Assembly (NCBI GenBank): GCA_050873585.1
Contig: JBNMJA010000006.1
Coordinates: forward strand, 1 to 28,693
Direction: 5' to 3'
Length of the DNA: 28,693 nucleotides
From: Bacillota bacterium
GTDB taxonomy: Bacteria; Bacillota; Clostridia; Christensenellales; CAG-917
The position numbers and the translations under genes were made by a program. How positions within the stretch are numbered: position 1 is the first letter of the stretch; each line of letters starts with the position of its first letter. The notes beneath the pieces were generated by a model. The model saw nothing but the letters and a program-made list of their open reading frames with translations. It was not told the DNA's origin and made no database searches. Positions 26,523 through 28,693 of this stretch are shown here, in pieces.

Positions 26523-27893
26523 ATGATTAATATAGAAGAATTTTGGGATGACGCAAAAAACGACTTGTCGATTTCCATTCAAGCGATAAGTTACGAGGTT
26601 TGGATTGATAAACTCGAACCCGTATGTTTCGTTGACAACGCAATCGTGCTTGCCACAATTTCCGCAAACGCAAAAAAAACCATAGATTCGAGATACCGCG
26701 ACACAATTAAGGACGTGGTGTCTTCGCTCAATCCGCAAATTAAGGACGTCATTATCATCACGCCCGACAAAAAGGCGGAATATTTGAGCAAACAGACGGT
26801 TTTTATCGAAGACCAGGGCTTCGTCACAAACTTCACTCCCGAAGAGAAGGGCAAGAAAAAATGCCCGTTCCAAGAAAAATATACCTTTGAAAACTTCGTC
26901 GAGGGCAAATCGAATTCATACGCGCTTGCCGCTTGCAAGACGATTGCCGAGCATCCCGGCACGAGTTTCAACCCCTTGTTTATCTACTCGGGCGTAGGTC
27001 TTGGAAAAACCCACCTTTTGCACGCAATAGGAAATTATCTTTACAAGTATAAAAAGAGCACAAACGTGCTTTACGTCAGCGCGGAAGCACTCGTGAGCGA
27101 ACTTATCAACGTCATACGCAACAAGTCCAACGAGGAAAACAACAAGTTCAGAGAAAAATATCGCTCTTGCGACGTTCTGATGGTGGACGACGTGCAGTTT
27201 TTGATAGGTAAGGAAGCCACGCAGGAAGCGTTCTTCCACATTTTCAACGACCTTTATCAAGAAAACAAGCAGATTATCCTCACCTCCGACCGCGCGCCAA
27301 AGGATTTGACCACACTCTCTGACAGACTGCGCACTCGCTTCGGTTGCGGTCTTACCGTGGATATTCAAGTGCCCGACACCGAAACGAGAGTGGCTATTCT
27401 CAAAAACAAAGCCGCTCAATCTAAATTCGTACTAAAAGACGACGTTGCAGAGTTTATTGCCGAAATTTCGCCCTCCAACATAAGAGAAATGGAAGGCTTG
27501 CTCAACAGAGTTATCTTCTTCAGTTCGCTCACAAACAGCCCCGTATGCACCGTTGACGTGGCTAAAGAGGCTATAGGCGGTTTCCTCGAAGAGAAAAACG
27601 ACACGATTGACGCAAGCGGAATCATCGACGCCGTGTGCAAATACTTCAAGATCTCTTCGGCTGATATAATTTCAAAAAAGAAAACCAAAAATATCGTCGA
27701 ACCGAGAATGATCGCAATCTATCTCATAACGGAACTTTTGCCCATGCCGCTCGTGCAAATCGGGGAATTGTTCGGGGGAAGAGATCACACCACCGTCATT
27801 CACGCACGTGACAAAATCAGTGAAGAGATAAAATCAAATCCTCGTATCAAAGTCACCGTCGCGGATATAAGAAATATGATTCTCAACAGATAA
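26523..27893 (+). CDS. dnaA: Chromosomal replication initiator protein DnaA
   Basis: Track ORF 26457..27893, trimmed to the ATG at 26523 (MINIEEFWDDAKNDL...). AAA+ Walker A GVGLGKTHLLHAIGN, Walker B LMVDDVQFL, and the domain IV signature GGRDHTTVIHA. Confidence 0.95.
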   Translation: MINIEEFWDDAKNDLSISIQAISYEVWIDKLEPVCFVDNAIVLATISANAKKTIDSRYRDTIKDVVSSLNPQIKDVIIITPDKKAEYLSKQTVFIEDQGFVTNFTPEEKGKKKCPFQEKYTFENFVEGKSNSYALAACKTIAEHPGTSFNPLFIYSGVGLGKTHLLHAIGNYLYKYKKSTNVLYVSAEALVSELINVIRNKSNEENNKFREKYRSCDVLMVDDVQFLIGKEATQEAFFHIFNDLYQENKQIILTSDRAPKDLTTLSDRLRTRFGCGLTVDIQVPDTETRVAILKNKAAQSKFVLKDDVAEFIAEISPSNIREMEGLLNRVIFFSSLTNSPVCTVDVAKEAIGGFLEEKNDTIDASGIIDAVCKYFKISSADIISKKKTKNIVEPRMIAIYLITELLPMPLVQIGELFGGRDHTTVIHARDKISEEIKSNPRIKVTVADIRNMILNR

Positions 27894-27913
27894 CGAAATA
27901 ATAAAAACAATAC

Positions 27914-27941
27914 AAAAAGCGTGCGAAAAGCACGCTTTTTT
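27914..27941. terminator. Bidirectional intrinsic terminator between dnaA and the Sel1-repeat gene
   Basis: AGCGTGC / GCACGCT stem with a GAAAA loop, an A-run upstream and a T6 run downstream. Confidence 0.8.
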
Positions 27942-27952
27942 GGTGATAAAAC

Positions 27953-28693
27953 TCATATCGCTTTATTTTTTTCTTCTTTGTTTCCGTTCATTTTGAGGTA
28001 AAGATTTTTGATTGCGACAAGCCCTGCGCTCTCGCCGTTTTCAACCGCTTTGCCGTACGCTTCGATTGCTTTTTTATAGTCCTTTTTCACGCCGAAACCG
28101 TTTTCGTAGCACAAGCCGAGATTGTAGTACGCAATACCGGAATTCGTACTCTTGACTGCTTCACGGAAGCACTTTACCGCTTCTTTCGGGTTTCTTTCAA
28201 CGCCTTTGCCTTGCAGATAGCAAAGTCCGAGATTTATCACCGCTTCTTCCTCGCCGAGATAATACGCAGACTTGAAATACTCGAACGCTTTTTTGTATGC
28301 GGATTCGGTTTTGACGGTGTAGAGGTTGTAAAGTCCCATTTGCACGCACGCCATAGGATTTTCGCCTTTCGCGCTCTTTTTGAGCCAGAATACTGCTTTG
28401 TCTTTGTCTGCCGTCAAGCCGTAATAGCCGTAAGCATACGACATGCCGAGATTGTATTGGGCGGCGGCGTTGCCGAGTTTTGCGGCTTTTTTGAAGAGTT
28501 TTAGCGCGGTTTTCTCGTCTCGCTCCAAGCCGAGTTCGTCGCCGAGATACGCTTCCGCCATTCGTTCGATTGCGTCCGGAAAGTCCATTTCCATTGCCAT
28601 CTGATAATAGAACAGCGCATTTTTGTAATCGGCTTTTTTGGTTTCGTAAATCGTCGCCATACACCAATAAACGCCGACATAATCCAAATCGCA
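27953..28693 (-). CDS. Sel1-like/TPR repeat protein; 5' end probably beyond the window
   Basis: The ORF is open to the window edge. It has repeated ~36-aa units of the Sel1 type (A..YNLG.CY..G.GV..D..KA..W..KAA). Confidence 0.8.
   Translation of the reverse strand, partial: CDLDYVGVYWCMATIYETKKADYKNALFYYQMAMEMDFPDAIERMAEAYLGDELGLERDEKTALKLFKKAAKLGNAAAQYNLGMSYAYGYYGLTADKDKAVFWLKKSAKGENPMACVQMGLYNLYTVKTESAYKKAFEYFKSAYYLGEEEAVINLGLCYLQGKGVERNPKEAVKCFREAVKSTNSGIAYYNLGLCYENGFGVKKDYKKAIEAYGKAVENGESAGLVAIKNLYLKMNGNKEEKNKAI

Overview
Origin-proximal chromosomal segment of a Firmicutes-type bacterium (Clostridia-like, carrying sporulation genes). GC content looks mid-range by eye, with one visibly AT-rich island. 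From left to right the window holds: a 3'-truncated flavodiiron protein gene (-); two lipoprotein genes (+), one an SGNH/GDSL hydrolase and one unknown; and a ~800-nt non-coding repeat zone. Next comes a long minus-strand block of ppiB, an HI0933-type flavoprotein, dus, mazG (yabN-like), a MOP flippase (yabM/spoVB-like) and spoVT. This is followed by a flavin-reductase gene plus a small ORF, a preQ1-I riboswitch with queT (+), a GH13 alpha-glucosidase, and gyrA and gyrB (-). After a very AT-rich divergent spacer come a hemolysin-III family gene (+) and a ~2.4-kb AT-rich island. The island carries four full parS sites plus half sites, an orphan ORF and a probable gene remnant. The window ends with mtnN (-), rsmG, a second copy of the non-coding repeat, parA(soj)-parB(spo0J) (+), recF (-), dnaA (+, with no dnaN after it) and a Sel1-repeat gene (-) that runs off the window. 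The most noteworthy observations are: (i) two paralogous 350-450-nt non-coding elements with near-identical cores and a diverged centre, either an unclassified structured RNA or an extragenic repeat family; (ii) tandem hairpin modules after ppiB whose stems differ but are fully compensated; (iii) an intergenic parS cluster with an associated CCACT-N4-AGTGG hairpin motif and parS-containing direct repeats bracketing an orphan gene; (iv) apparently leaderless promoters for parA, dnaA and recF; (v) a rearranged dnaA neighbourhood with no obvious DnaA-box cluster. I saw no rRNA, tRNA, CRISPR array, transposase or integrase gene.
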